The notes beneath the pieces are model-generated. The model did not search any database. It was not told the origin of the DNA and saw only the letters and a program-made list of their open reading frames with translations. Below, one piece after another: positions 8,851 through 17,514 of a stretch of DNA of 20,000 bases. The translations under genes were made by a program, and so were the position numbers. Location: the IMG/VR virus record IMGVR_UViG_3300047440_000469. One strand, written 5' to 3'. Positions within the stretch are counted from its first letter, which is position 1; each line of letters starts with the position of its first letter. Source of the DNA: an uncultured virus (IMG/VR IMGVR_UViG_3300047440_000469) (taxonomy: Duplodnaviria; Heunggongvirae; Uroviricota; Caudoviricetes).

Positions 8851-8925
8851 GATTTTGGTCCTTTTTCACCAAAACTTGCTGCCAAATAGCGAATTTCCCC
8901 GAATTCCGGCGGCAATTTCAGGCAT

Positions 8926-10548
8926 CTAGTGCATGGCCTGCTGCTCATCCGGATCAATCGGATTGCCGTCGGCGTCTACGACTTCATCGCCAGGGTCGGC
9001 AGTACCGTTGCCGTTCGCTTTGCCGTTAGACTTGGCAGTCTGTTTTGGAGCCGCACCAGTGTCGGCGGCCTGTTGCCTGATGCCGGCCTGGGTCATCAGG
9101 CGGGCGTCGAGGTCGAGCACGACGCCCTTCTCGTCACAGTAGGCGTTGAACTCAGCCCACTGATCGATGACATCGCGCCAATCGTGGCCCCATGAGGCGA
9201 TGAAGGCCTGCGGCGAGGTATGGCCGGCGCGCACGCTCTGAATTTCCGCCAGGAGATCGAGCCGTGGGTTGATCGGCTCCCACGAAGGCGTGACCCAATT
9301 GACTGGATAACCTTCGTCGCGGTCTTTGAGCATGCCGGCGAGAATGGCGCGGTCAATGAAGCGATCCCATACCGGATCGCACAGCTTGGGAATTAGATCG
9401 ACGTGCTGAATATGTTCGATGGTGCGCCGGAAATCGATCTTACCCGCCCGCAGCGACGAATAATTGGCCTGGCGCATATCGCCGGTGGCCTGGTCGTAAG
9501 TGCAGCCGATGCCCGCCGAGTAGGCCATCAGATTGAAGAGAAACATCGGCTCGACCTGCATGTTGCTGGTCGGCTGCGCGAACTTGATGTCTTGCCCAGC
9601 CTTCAGCTCTTTCAGCATGCCCGGTTCGAGCATGGTCACCTGTTCGTGGGTGACCTCGTCGGGCGTGCTGTCGACGAGCGGATCGAGTTCGTCGGAATTG
9701 GTGATGAAGCCGGCAAAGCACGCCTCGACCCTGGCCTTCATGTTGACGGCGTCGAGAAAGTCGGAGAGTTCGCGCGCCGTCGTGAGCACCGGCGCAAACC
9801 ATGGCACGCCGCGCACTTGACCGGGCCTCAACATGCGAAACAGATGCAGCACCTCGTCCTTGGGGACGAATTCGGAAATTCCGGGCCGCAGATTGTAGGT
9901 GGTGATCTCACCGGGGTGCCACGGCAGCAGCCATAGGCCGGTCGGCTCGCCGTATTCGCCCAGGCCGACGCCCATGCGCGAGCGCTTAGTGTTCTCCGGT
10001 GCGCCTTCAGCCAGGCTGTAGATGCCTTCGCGGAACTGGTCGATGAAATCGCTTTCCAGCAGTTGCACCTTGAACGGCACCAGTCCGCGCTTGCGGTTGA
10101 CGCGCTGGTCCATGAGGCGCAGCGCAACATCGCCCGACTCGATCATGGAGCGGACCGCCAGCGCCTGAATGCCGTTGAAGGTCAGCCGGCCCTCGAGGTC
10201 GGCGTTCTTCTGCCACTGGTTCCACAACGCCATGACCTTCTTGTCGGTATCTTTATCGCCGGTCTTGCACACCGGCGTCAGCCCGGTGCCGACGATGTTG
10301 GTCACCATGACGTCGAGCATGCGCGGCGCATGCGGCGTGTTGCGCACCAGGTCGCGCGAACGATCGCGCAATGCGCGCAGCGCCTGGGAAAGCTCGGCAT
10401 TGGCCGAGGTATGACGGGCGCGCCAGGCCGTCGCCCGCCGGCCTGCCGAGGCGCCGTCATAGATGCGCATGGCATGGCGCGCACGGGCGCGCGCAAGCCC
10501 GGCCTTCGGCGCGAAGAACGAGATGACGGCGTCGAAGGGGTTTTTCAC
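8926..10548 (-). CDS. Portal protein, lambda family
   Basis: 540 aa; LRDRSRDLVRN, VLHLFRMLRPGQVRGVPWFAPV, TGDMRQANYSSLRAG, WEPINPRLD. Confidence 0.96.
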   Translation of the reverse strand: MKNPFDAVISFFAPKAGLARARARHAMRIYDGASAGRRATAWRARHTSANAELSQALRALRDRSRDLVRNTPHAPRMLDVMVTNIVGTGLTPVCKTGDKDTDKKVMALWNQWQKNADLEGRLTFNGIQALAVRSMIESGDVALRLMDQRVNRKRGLVPFKVQLLESDFIDQFREGIYSLAEGAPENTKRSRMGVGLGEYGEPTGLWLLPWHPGEITTYNLRPGISEFVPKDEVLHLFRMLRPGQVRGVPWFAPVLTTARELSDFLDAVNMKARVEACFAGFITNSDELDPLVDSTPDEVTHEQVTMLEPGMLKELKAGQDIKFAQPTSNMQVEPMFLFNLMAYSAGIGCTYDQATGDMRQANYSSLRAGKIDFRRTIEHIQHVDLIPKLCDPVWDRFIDRAILAGMLKDRDEGYPVNWVTPSWEPINPRLDLLAEIQSVRAGHTSPQAFIASWGHDWRDVIDQWAEFNAYCDEKGVVLDLDARLMTQAGIRQQAADTGAAPKQTAKSNGKANGNGTADPGDEVVDADGNPIDPDEQQAMH

Positions 10549-10788
10549 CTACACCCCGCCATAGGTCGTGGTATCGCGTGGCCGGCTGCCGCCATAGCCG
10601 CGGTCGTGCGCGGCCAGCACAGTGGCGCCCTTCTTTGACAGGCCAAGGGAGGTGCGCATGATCGAGCGCACCCGCAGCATCTCATCGAGGCTGCGATAAG
10701 TGACGCTCTTGCCTTCGTAGCTGCAACTGAGCGTGCCGGAAGCAATCGCAGTCTCGATCGTGTCCAGCATGGCGAGAGTGAAGGCCAT
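10549..10788 (-). CDS. gpW-like head completion protein
   Basis: 79 aa from ATG 10788 (GAGGA upstream); AIASGTLSCSYEGKSVTYRSLDEM; between TerL and portal. Confidence 0.85.
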   Translation of the reverse strand: MAFTLAMLDTIETAIASGTLSCSYEGKSVTYRSLDEMLRVRSIMRTSLGLSKKGATVLAAHDRGYGGSRPRDTTTYGGV

Positions 10789-10802
10789 GGCGATATCCTC
10801 GA

Positions 10803-12686
10803 TTAGCGGTCGAACCAACCGCCGCGGCGGTCGCCGAACCATGTCGAAGCGGGGCGGCGGTAGACCGGCAGCCGCGATGCCGGGGCTTCGCGGCTGGGTT
10901 CGACCTCGATTTCGTCCGGCGCCGGCTCCGGTTCGTGAGGCGGAGGCGCCGGCGGGTCGGGCAGGTCAGGCAATCTGTCGAGCCGCACCGGCATCGACAT
11001 GCGAGCGGCGAGCGCCAGCACCCAGCAGTCGAGCACCTCGTTGCGCTTGCCGGACGGCAGGAACCATATCCGATAGGGCCGCCCGAATTTGTAACGGGTG
11101 AGCACCTGCTCGGCGGTGAGCTGGTCGAAGAACTCCTGCCCGAACGCGTCGCCGAGCGGAAAGTGGATGTAGCCCGGTCCCGGGTTGGCGATCTTGAGCC
11201 GTCCGTAAAGCGTATCCTTGCCGGTATCGACGCCGATCACGAACAGCGGGTGATTCTGCTTGGTGCGCGAGGCCCGCTTTGGCCAGATCGGACGCGGGCC
11301 GGCAGCGCCCTTGGTCGGAAACACCCGCCGCTTGCGCCGAGTGGCGCAGAAACTGAACACCGCATGAGCATGATGACCGCCGGTGTCGATGCAGCACGCC
11401 CGGATGCGCAGCTCGCGCCGCGCCTCGGTGCGATAGGGCTCGATGAGAATGCGGTCGAGTTCGAGCCAGACCGTCGCCTGCGCCGGATCGCCGTGCAGGA
11501 TCTGATAATCGGCGATCCAGGTTTCCTCCTGCGGACCGAAACCGAGCACCAGCACTTCGAGGCGATCGCCCTGTACGTCGACGCCGGCCGTGAGCAGCCT
11601 GATTTCGTCCGGCAGCGCGCTCGCGCCATAGGCCTCGCGGCGCGCCAGCATGCCGCTGCTTTCGACGCTCTCGGCCGGCTCTTCCCAGGTCTCGCCGCAG
11701 ATGGTGTTGACCCACACCTGCAACAGCTGCGGATCGTGCCGCGCCTGCAGGAACTCGGTAACGATTTCCGCCAATGTCAGCCACGGCGACAGAAAGCCGG
11801 GGATGTGGAAACCCGCGGTGCCGTTGAACGGCCGTTGCGCGATCCACTTGCCTTTCTTGACTGCATCGGCGCGCTGCACGTCGTTCCACAGCGAGCCGCA
11901 GGCCTCGCACATGTAATGGGCGGTCTGCGGCAGATGCTCGCCGGCGCCATCCTTCTCCCACCGCACGTTTTCCCAGCGCAGCGTCTGCGCATGGCCGCAA
12001 TCCGGGCACGGCACGAAGTAGCGGCGCTGGTCGGAATTCTTCCACTCACGCTCGATCGCGCTCTTGTCCTTGATGGTCGGCGTCGAGCCCACGAGCGTTT
12101 TCCGGTTCCAGAAAGTCTGCTGCCGCTTGGCAGCGAGCGCGAGCGGATTGCCCTCGGTGCCGGCCGAAACCGGATAGCGGTCGACCTCATCGGCGAGCAC
12201 GATGCGGATCGGCCGCGCCGCCAGCGCCGAGGGCGCATTGGCGCCGATGATCGACAGTTGCCCGCCAGTGAACAGCTTCTGCAGGATCGTGTTGCCGCTG
12301 TCGCGACTGCGCGGATCGCGCACCGCGCCGGTCAGCGCCGGGGTATCGCGGATCATCGGCGCCAGTCGTTCCTTTGACCACGACTCGGCGGCCGAGATAG
12401 TGGGCTGAATGACCAGGATCGGCGACGGGTCCTCGACCATGTAGAACGCGGCCGCATTGTTGAGGCATTCCGTCCAACCGGTCTGCGTCCCCTTGATGCA
12501 GATGACGCGGGTGACGAGCGGATCGCCGATCGCATCCATGAGTCCGCGCTGATATTCGGCGCGCTCGGTCGACCATCTGCCAGGCTCGGCGGAGGCCTCG
12601 CGAGAGAGGAAGCGGTTGTGGTCAGCCCATTGCGAGATCGTCAGCGTCGGCGGCGGCGTCAGAATCCGCAAGGCCTGCCGGATCAT
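10803..12686 (-). CDS. terL: Terminase large subunit, lambda gpA family (start uncertain; the ORF is open to 12758)
   Basis: PPPTLTISQWAD, KGTQTGWTE, DEVDRYP, STPT, SDQRRYFVPCPDCG, LTAGVDVQGDRLE, IDTGG, RNEVLDC. Confidence 0.96.
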   Translation of the reverse strand: MIRQALRILTPPPTLTISQWADHNRFLSREASAEPGRWSTERAEYQRGLMDAIGDPLVTRVICIKGTQTGWTECLNNAAAFYMVEDPSPILVIQPTISAAESWSKERLAPMIRDTPALTGAVRDPRSRDSGNTILQKLFTGGQLSIIGANAPSALAARPIRIVLADEVDRYPVSAGTEGNPLALAAKRQQTFWNRKTLVGSTPTIKDKSAIEREWKNSDQRRYFVPCPDCGHAQTLRWENVRWEKDGAGEHLPQTAHYMCEACGSLWNDVQRADAVKKGKWIAQRPFNGTAGFHIPGFLSPWLTLAEIVTEFLQARHDPQLLQVWVNTICGETWEEPAESVESSGMLARREAYGASALPDEIRLLTAGVDVQGDRLEVLVLGFGPQEETWIADYQILHGDPAQATVWLELDRILIEPYRTEARRELRIRACCIDTGGHHAHAVFSFCATRRKRRVFPTKGAAGPRPIWPKRASRTKQNHPLFVIGVDTGKDTLYGRLKIANPGPGYIHFPLGDAFGQEFFDQLTAEQVLTRYKFGRPYRIWFLPSGKRNEVLDCWVLALAARMSMPVRLDRLPDLPDPPAPPPHEPEPAPDEIEVEPSREAPASRLPVYRRPASTWFGDRRGGWFDR

Positions 12687-13224
12687 CGCGGCGAGACCTT
12701 GATGGGTTCCGGCCGGAAGGCTGATCGACGGCAACGGGCGTGATGGAAGCCTGCTCAAGAACTTTCTCGATTTCCTTACGCATCAGCGCCTGCGCCTCGA
12801 CAGCGCTGCGCACCATGCCGATGCGCGCCGCGAGCTGCGCCGGCACCGCGAGCATGAGCGTGCGCAAGGTGGTGAGCACTTGGGCCCACGCCCGCGCGAC
12901 CTGCTCGAGCGGCACCAGTTCGCCGGCGAGCTGGGCGCGCTCCATCTCCAACATGTCGGCCCGCGCCCTCGCCTGCCGGGTCCGATGAGCCGTCAGGGCA
13001 TCGCCGGTCTCGCCCTTCTGCAGGAAGCGGATGTAGCCGCGCATGCAGCCGACGAGGTCATAGCGGCCACGCTCGACCGGCGGCGGGATGATGCCCTCCT
13101 TCACCAGGACATGGATGCGGCGCACCTTGAGATTGAGCGCCTCGCACACGGCGTCGAGCGATACCGTCTGCGGCGCCTTGGATTTTGAGGTTTGCATCGA
13201 CTGCTTGCCCCGTTTAGCCACCAT
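12622..13224 (-). CDS. terS: Terminase small subunit, Nu1-like
   Basis: 200 aa; winged-HTH-like N-terminus (RRIHVLVKEGII..GRYDLVGCMRGYIRFL), coiled coil ending in GELV; overlaps the TerL start. Confidence 0.88.
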   Translation of the reverse strand: MVAKRGKQSMQTSKSKAPQTVSLDAVCEALNLKVRRIHVLVKEGIIPPPVERGRYDLVGCMRGYIRFLQKGETGDALTAHRTRQARARADMLEMERAQLAGELVPLEQVARAWAQVLTTLRTLMLAVPAQLAARIGMVRSAVEAQALMRKEIEKVLEQASITPVAVDQPSGRNPSRSRRDDPAGLADSDAAADADDLAMG

Positions 13225-13241
13225 GGGCTAAGACTTTTTTC

Positions 13242-13502
13242 ATGACGAACCGCCGCCAATTCCTCGCTGGACTGCTGGCCTCAACTGCGCCGCTGCCGGC
13301 ATTTGTGACACAGACAATCGAGCGTATGGACGCTGCTCAGCAATGGGTCCGCGTCGTTTCATTCGCCAGTCATGAAATCTATCGCGCGGGCAAACCAATC
13401 GCGGCGGGCGATCTCATTGAGGGCGAGGTAGTCTTTCTTAATTGGAATGTTGCACCGCCGAGATTTGTGACAGTTGACCGTCACATAGATGAACGATTGT
13501 GA
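13242..13502 (+). CDS. Small hypothetical protein with a twin-arginine-like N-terminus
   Basis: 86 aa; MTNRRQFLAGLLASTAPLPA; occupies otherwise empty space; lower GC than neighbours; no clear RBS. Confidence 0.5.
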   Translation: MTNRRQFLAGLLASTAPLPAFVTQTIERMDAAQQWVRVVSFASHEIYRAGKPIAAGDLIEGEVVFLNWNVAPPRFVTVDRHIDERL

Positions 13503-13643
13503 AATCGATCCCGGTGCGTTCACGGCTATGTTGTCGCACGCTCGACGCTCTTTTCTGCAAACGCATGTTTATTCAAATAAATTGCACCACCGTAAAAAAG
13601 TCGTGAGATCGTGAACGAAGCCGCAACGCGCCGGAAATTGCAG

Positions 13644-13672
13644 TTGCGCTCTTTTTCAGGCCTGCACATATG
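13644..13672 (+). promoter_or_regulatory. Candidate sigma70-type promoter for the plus-strand gene pair
   Basis: TTGCGC-N17-CATATG in an AT-richer intergenic region, about 60 nt upstream of ATG 13732. Confidence 0.35.
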
Positions 13673-13684
13673 GACGCGACCGCT

Positions 13685-13731
13685 GGGAATCGTCTCGGCG
13701 GCGTACTTCCAAACATCAGGGAATCGTCTCG
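13685..13731 (+). repeat. 13-bp direct repeat GGGAATCGTCTCG (13685-13697 and 13719-13731)
   Basis: Two exact copies with a 34-bp period; the second abuts the ATG at 13732. Confidence 0.85.
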
Positions 13732-14601
13732 ATGTCCAAGCCAACTCTCCTCACCCGCATAACCTACCTGACCGCCGTCGTGCTGGCCCTGTTCTCGGGT
13801 GCCGTCTCGACTTACGGCCTCACGCGCTTTGCACCTGGGGCCGAATGGGTCATCGCTGCCATGGGCCTGCTGTTCGAAGCCGGCAAGCTCACCGCCTTCT
13901 CGATGATGCACCGGCAGATACCCGCCCCGCTCAAGGCCGGGCTCCTCGCCGTCGGAGTCATCCTGATGACCCTCAACATCGTCGGCGTGTCCGGGTTCAT
14001 GTCGAACGCCTACGAAAAGGCCCAGGTCGTCGCGAGGGCTGCCTCGCACACGGCCTCGGCCGAGGCTGCCGCCGCTGTCACGACGCTCGACCGGCAGCTC
14101 GCGACCGCTGACAAGGCCGTCGCCGAGGCACGCGCTGCCATGGCCAAGGCCAAAGGCGACCGCGACCAGATCAGGGCCGTCACCGCCATGGTCACCAACG
14201 CCACTGCGGATCGTGACCGGATCGCCAGGGACCTCGCCAACGCGCAAGCAAGGCAGGCCAAGGCCGAAGGCGCCACGATTGCCGCCTCGGCCGAATTCGC
14301 CGCCATCGCCTTCCTGGCGGCGGCGACGGGTACCGCGCAGAGCCAAGTCGCGCACCTCATCATCCTGGTGGTTTCGAGCCTGCTGGATATCCTCGCCGCG
14401 CTGCTCATCATCACCGCGCCATACACGCGCCTCGACGTGACACCCGCCGCCCCGGCGCCAATCCAAGCCCCGGCCGAGGTCATTCCAGTGCTGACACCGC
14501 GCCAGATCGCCGCCCGCCAGGGCGCCAAGACCAGACGCAAAAACGAACGGCGTCGGGCCAAGGCGCGCAAGACCGGTCCGCAACTGGCCTATACCAACTA
14601 A
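13732..14601 (+). CDS. Membrane protein: 3 N-terminal TM helices, Ala-rich coiled coil, a fourth TM helix, basic tail
   Basis: 289 aa; hydrophobic segments ITYLTAVVLALFSGAVSTYGL, WVIAAMGLLFEAGKL, GLLAVGVILMTLNIVGVSGFM and HLIILVVSSLLDILAALLII; strong GC3 codon bias on the plus strand. Confidence 0.85.
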   Translation: MSKPTLLTRITYLTAVVLALFSGAVSTYGLTRFAPGAEWVIAAMGLLFEAGKLTAFSMMHRQIPAPLKAGLLAVGVILMTLNIVGVSGFMSNAYEKAQVVARAASHTASAEAAAAVTTLDRQLATADKAVAEARAAMAKAKGDRDQIRAVTAMVTNATADRDRIARDLANAQARQAKAEGATIAASAEFAAIAFLAAATGTAQSQVAHLIILVVSSLLDILAALLIITAPYTRLDVTPAAPAPIQAPAEVIPVLTPRQIAARQGAKTRRKNERRRAKARKTGPQLAYTN

Positions 14602-14612
14602 AGAAACGAGCG

Positions 14613-14960
14613 ATGTCAGCCAACCCCACACACCACACTGCGGTCGACCTCTTCCTCGAGGTCGGCCGTCTTCTCTATGAGGGCGACGACTGGCAGTCGC
14701 AATTTGCCGCCGACCTCAACGTTCCCACCACCCGCATCCGCAACATCCGCCGCGGCAAGGCCGACCTCGGCCGCGGCAACGCCATGCTCGACGACGCCCT
14801 CAAGACCGCCGAGCGGATCGCCGACGCCGCCCAGCGCGACCTCACACGCGCCAAGGAGCGCGTCAGAGCGACCACACGCGCTCGCAATGCCATCAGGGCG
14901 TGGAAAGAAAAAAGCTACCAACCTACCTCGGCCGCGTCCCGCGCCAAGGAAGCCCGCTGA
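14613..14960 (+). CDS. Putative HTH DNA-binding protein
   Basis: 115 aa; GRLLYEGDDWQSQFAADLNVPTTRIRNIRRG resembles a Cro/XRE-type HTH, followed by a coiled coil; 11 nt after the preceding gene. Confidence 0.7.
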   Translation: MSANPTHHTAVDLFLEVGRLLYEGDDWQSQFAADLNVPTTRIRNIRRGKADLGRGNAMLDDALKTAERIADAAQRDLTRAKERVRATTRARNAIRAWKEKSYQPTSAASRAKEAR

Positions 14961-15104
14961 GTAGCCCTCCGCCCGACCGCCATTACCCTACAGATTTTTT
15001 GGCCGCGCTTACGGACGGCCACGGCTGCAAAGTCTCGGCCGAATTTTGCCGATAGGGAGCCGCGCCGACTTCACGCGGGGCATTTTCAGTAGCCGTATAG
15101 TACC

Positions 15105-15195
15105 GCAGAAAAAAATTCTATCACTAGCCCTATTTTTCGCTCGCGCGCGACCCGTTATGGCCTCCCCGTAGAATCAGATCCTATCCCCCGGGGGC
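15105..15195 (-). other. Candidate cos (cosN-like) packaging site
   Basis: Minus strand reads TAACG-GGTCGCGCGCGA-GCGAAAAATAGG-GCTAGTGATAGAATTTTTTT, laid out like lambda TTACG-GGGCGGCGACCT-CGCGGGTTTTC-GCTATTTATGAAAATTTT. Non-coding, upstream of a Nu1/gpA terminase. Palindromes TCGCGCGCGA (15141-15150) and CCCCCGGGGG (15185-15194). Confidence 0.45.
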
Positions 15196-15288
15196 CATCC
15201 TTCCTGCCTGCAAGAAGTGCCTGTGCTGCAATGGCTTTTCGCATCGTCAAACGAGCCGAAAAAGGCCGTAGCATATTATTTCGGGGGT

Positions 15289-15888
15289 TTATCGCCTCGT
15301 CACCATGGCCTTGCGCATGGCGTCGGCGAAGCCGGTGCGCATGCTCTCGCGCATGGCGTATTCAAAGTCCTCATAGAATGGCACGTCCTTGGGCTGTGTC
15401 ACGCTTGACTTGAATGAGTAGCGCAAGTGTAGCCGGCCGCCTTCACCCACGAAGATGCCACGACGCGTGACGCGCAATGCGCGCTTAGACGTCGAGGCGA
15501 TGACGCCTGCCGGGCGCTCGCGAGCGGGAATGCCATGCGCCGTGTAATGCACCGAGCCAGGAAGCGGCAGGGCGAGCCGATGCGCGCCGCCCTGTTTGAT
15601 GCCGCCTTCGGCATGCAGCCGCAGATGCGCACGATTGAGCACGTCATAGATTTCGACGCGCAGATTGCGCTTGGTCGATTTCTCGACGCGCAATGCGGCC
15701 GTGATGAACGAGGCGTTGCGCATGTGGACATGATCGGGCCAGGTGTCCGAGACGATCACCTGCCTTGCCTTGAAGGCGCCGTCGTTCAAGAGCTGCGACA
15801 TGACGAACGGGACCTGATCGACCGCGCTTTCGATCTGGCGCATCAGGCGCTCGACGTCACCGAGATCGAACTGTACGACGGCGGGCAT
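15289..15888 (-). CDS. Phage protein of the type found just upstream of cos/terS; possibly gpZ/neck-like
   Basis: 199 aa from ATG 15888; DQVPFVMSQLLN...LRVEKSTKRNLRVEI...LRLHAEGGIK...FADAMRKAMVTRR. Confidence 0.65.
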   Translation of the reverse strand: MPAVVQFDLGDVERLMRQIESAVDQVPFVMSQLLNDGAFKARQVIVSDTWPDHVHMRNASFITAALRVEKSTKRNLRVEIYDVLNRAHLRLHAEGGIKQGGAHRLALPLPGSVHYTAHGIPARERPAGVIASTSKRALRVTRRGIFVGEGGRLHLRYSFKSSVTQPKDVPFYEDFEYAMRESMRTGFADAMRKAMVTRR

Positions 15889-15931
15889 GTCGTTTTTTTC
15901 CCCCAACGAGGTGGTCAAAAAAATCGACCCT

Positions 15932-16225
15932 TTAGAACCGATAACTGACTCCGAACTTCTGCTCGAAGATGCGGTAATGCGCCGTCGATGTCGCAAGCAC
16001 AGCGCCGGTAATCGGATCGCTGGCAGTCAGCGCCTTGTCGCCGAGGCGGAAGTAATCGCCCTCGATGCCGATCGACCAATGCTGATCGAGCGCATACGAC
16101 AGTCCGGCGCCGACATTCCAACCGGTCCCTGCCGCTTGATTGTTTGCGCACGGCCGAGCGGCAGCGATGAGCAAACAGGAACGCAATCGAAGTGCGGCGA
16201 TTGCCAAGCGACCAGCGATGCCCAT
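15932..16225 (-). pseudogene. Truncated outer-membrane beta-barrel (Omp25/RopB-like), C-terminal strands only
   Basis: TGWNVGAGLSYALDQHWSIGIEGDYFRLG...FGVSYRF with terminal Phe; only about 66 aa of barrel, behind a degenerate leader-like segment. Confidence 0.7.
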
Positions 16226-16424
16226 GAGCCAAGCCCAGCTGCCTTTCACAGCCGCGCCCATTGCAAGACGAGCACGCGGCGCACAAGCGAACGACTGCGG
16301 CTCATGCCTTGCCAATGCAGGGCAGGGTACTAGGCTCGACTTTAGAATCGCTTGCCTTTTGCAAGCAGCCACCACCCCCCGGGGCAGGGCGGCAGATCGA
16401 GGCGATGCAAACGAGCATGCGTTA

Positions 16425-16550
16425 CTACAGGCACAGAAACGGCAGCACCAAGCGCAGGGGCCACGGCATCGCCAACCAGTGGTCGATGCACAACACGCTG
16501 CGCTCGATCCTGCGGGCGGCTTCCTCGGCGGTCAGAAGATCGGCGATCAT
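16425..16550 (-). CDS. Short ORF or gene stub (41 aa)
   Basis: ATGA coupling to the methylase stop; MIADLLTAEEAARRI resembles the start of an excisionase-type HTH but the similarity does not continue. Confidence 0.35.
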   Translation of the reverse strand: MIADLLTAEEAARRIERSVLCIDHWLAMPWPLRLVLPFLCL

Positions 16551-17389
16551 GATGTCCTCGTTAGATCGAGATCGGCCTGCAGCGGCGGCGATGGCGACGA
16601 CGCCGGTTCGATGAAGAAAAGATCGGGTTGTTCCCGCCGCTTGCGGACGATCTCGCCGATGCGCCGGCAGGCGACGTCGAACCAGCGCTCGATCTTTTCG
16701 ACGCCCACGAAATCGCGCCCCAGCATCACGGCGGCAACCCCGGTGGTGCCGGCGCCCATGTAAGGATCGACCACGGTCGCGATGCGGTCGGCGGTGCGAT
16801 CGGCTTCCTCGATGCACCAGCGCATCAGGCGCACCGGCTTCTGCGTCGGATGCTCGCGTAGGCCGTTAGCTTCACCGCGTTTGTCGCAGGCGAGCCCCTT
16901 CCACATCATCGAGAAAATCCGCGCCGCGCCCTCGCCTGAGTGCCACGCGAACTCAACGTCGGAAAACGAATCCCATGGTTCCATTGCCCCGAGCTTATTC
17001 CACGCAAGCCAGCGCCCACCATCGGGCAGCCGCGGATAGAAATGATCGGCGCCCCACAACAAACAGTTTGAGTAAGCAAGCCACGGCGCCGGATCGAATG
17101 GCCGATCATCACCCTCGATCTCCGGCGTCCCGCGCTTGCGCGCCGCCTTGGTCGCACCAACATTGCTACCAAAGCGATTGCCGCCGCCATGATTGTAGTC
17201 AATACCATAGGGCGGATCGGAAACGAGCGCGACGCCCGGCCCAGGCGACGGCAGCTCCGCGATCACGTCCAGGCAGTCGCCGTGATAGAGCGTTACGCCG
17301 TCGCTGATCGTCTCAACGCGCAACTGGGCTCGATCAGATTTCTCCCGCGACCACGGGTCGTACGCCGTGCAAATGTGAACCTTGGTCAT
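16547..17389 (-). CDS. Orphan DNA methyltransferase, N4-C/N6-A beta class
   Basis: 280 aa from ATG 17389 (GGAG upstream, TGATG coupling); TLYHGDCLDV, VSDPPYG, HPTQKPVRLMRWCI, VVDPYMGAGTTGVAA, FVGVE. The catalytic motif precedes the SAM-binding motif. Confidence 0.93.
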   Translation of the reverse strand: MTKVHICTAYDPWSREKSDRAQLRVETISDGVTLYHGDCLDVIAELPSPGPGVALVSDPPYGIDYNHGGGNRFGSNVGATKAARKRGTPEIEGDDRPFDPAPWLAYSNCLLWGADHFYPRLPDGGRWLAWNKLGAMEPWDSFSDVEFAWHSGEGAARIFSMMWKGLACDKRGEANGLREHPTQKPVRLMRWCIEEADRTADRIATVVDPYMGAGTTGVAAVMLGRDFVGVEKIERWFDVACRRIGEIVRKRREQPDLFFIEPASSPSPPLQADLDLTRTS

Positions 17390-17514
17390 CACGTCTCCGC
17401 ATCGCACTCCGGCATGGTGGCGAATTTCTCGCCGGTCTTTTGATCGAAATAATAGATCATCGGCGGATGGCCGGTGTGATCGGTGTGACGTGTGGGATTG
17501 AAGATGCCGGCTTT
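17389..17514 (-). pseudogene. 3' remnant of an unidentified gene
   Basis: Frame KAGIFNPTRHTDHTGHPPMIYYFDQKTGEKFATMPECDAET* ends in a TGATG overlap with the methylase start and has no convincing start of its own. Confidence 0.45.

Noticed and set aside
12469..12495. TerL Walker A-like KGTQTGWTE lacking the GKT lysine
   Set aside because: gpA-family terminases have a deviant Walker A using the upstream Lys (lambda KSARVGYSK); not evidence of inactivation.
11..12988. Long plus-strand ORFs (e.g. 11-706, 568-1482, 1820-2653, 3693-4970, 6883-7773, 10935-12377)
   Set aside because: Antisense shadows of well-supported minus-strand genes in GC-rich DNA; no recognisable motifs.
13573..14631. 352-aa minus-strand ORF
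   Set aside because: Shadow of the plus-strand membrane protein, which has the coherent TM pattern and codon bias.
14995..15021. Hairpin TGGCCG...CGGCCA beside a T run as a terminator
   Set aside because: The T run precedes the stem on the plus strand and reads as an A run after it on the minus strand, so it fits neither direction.
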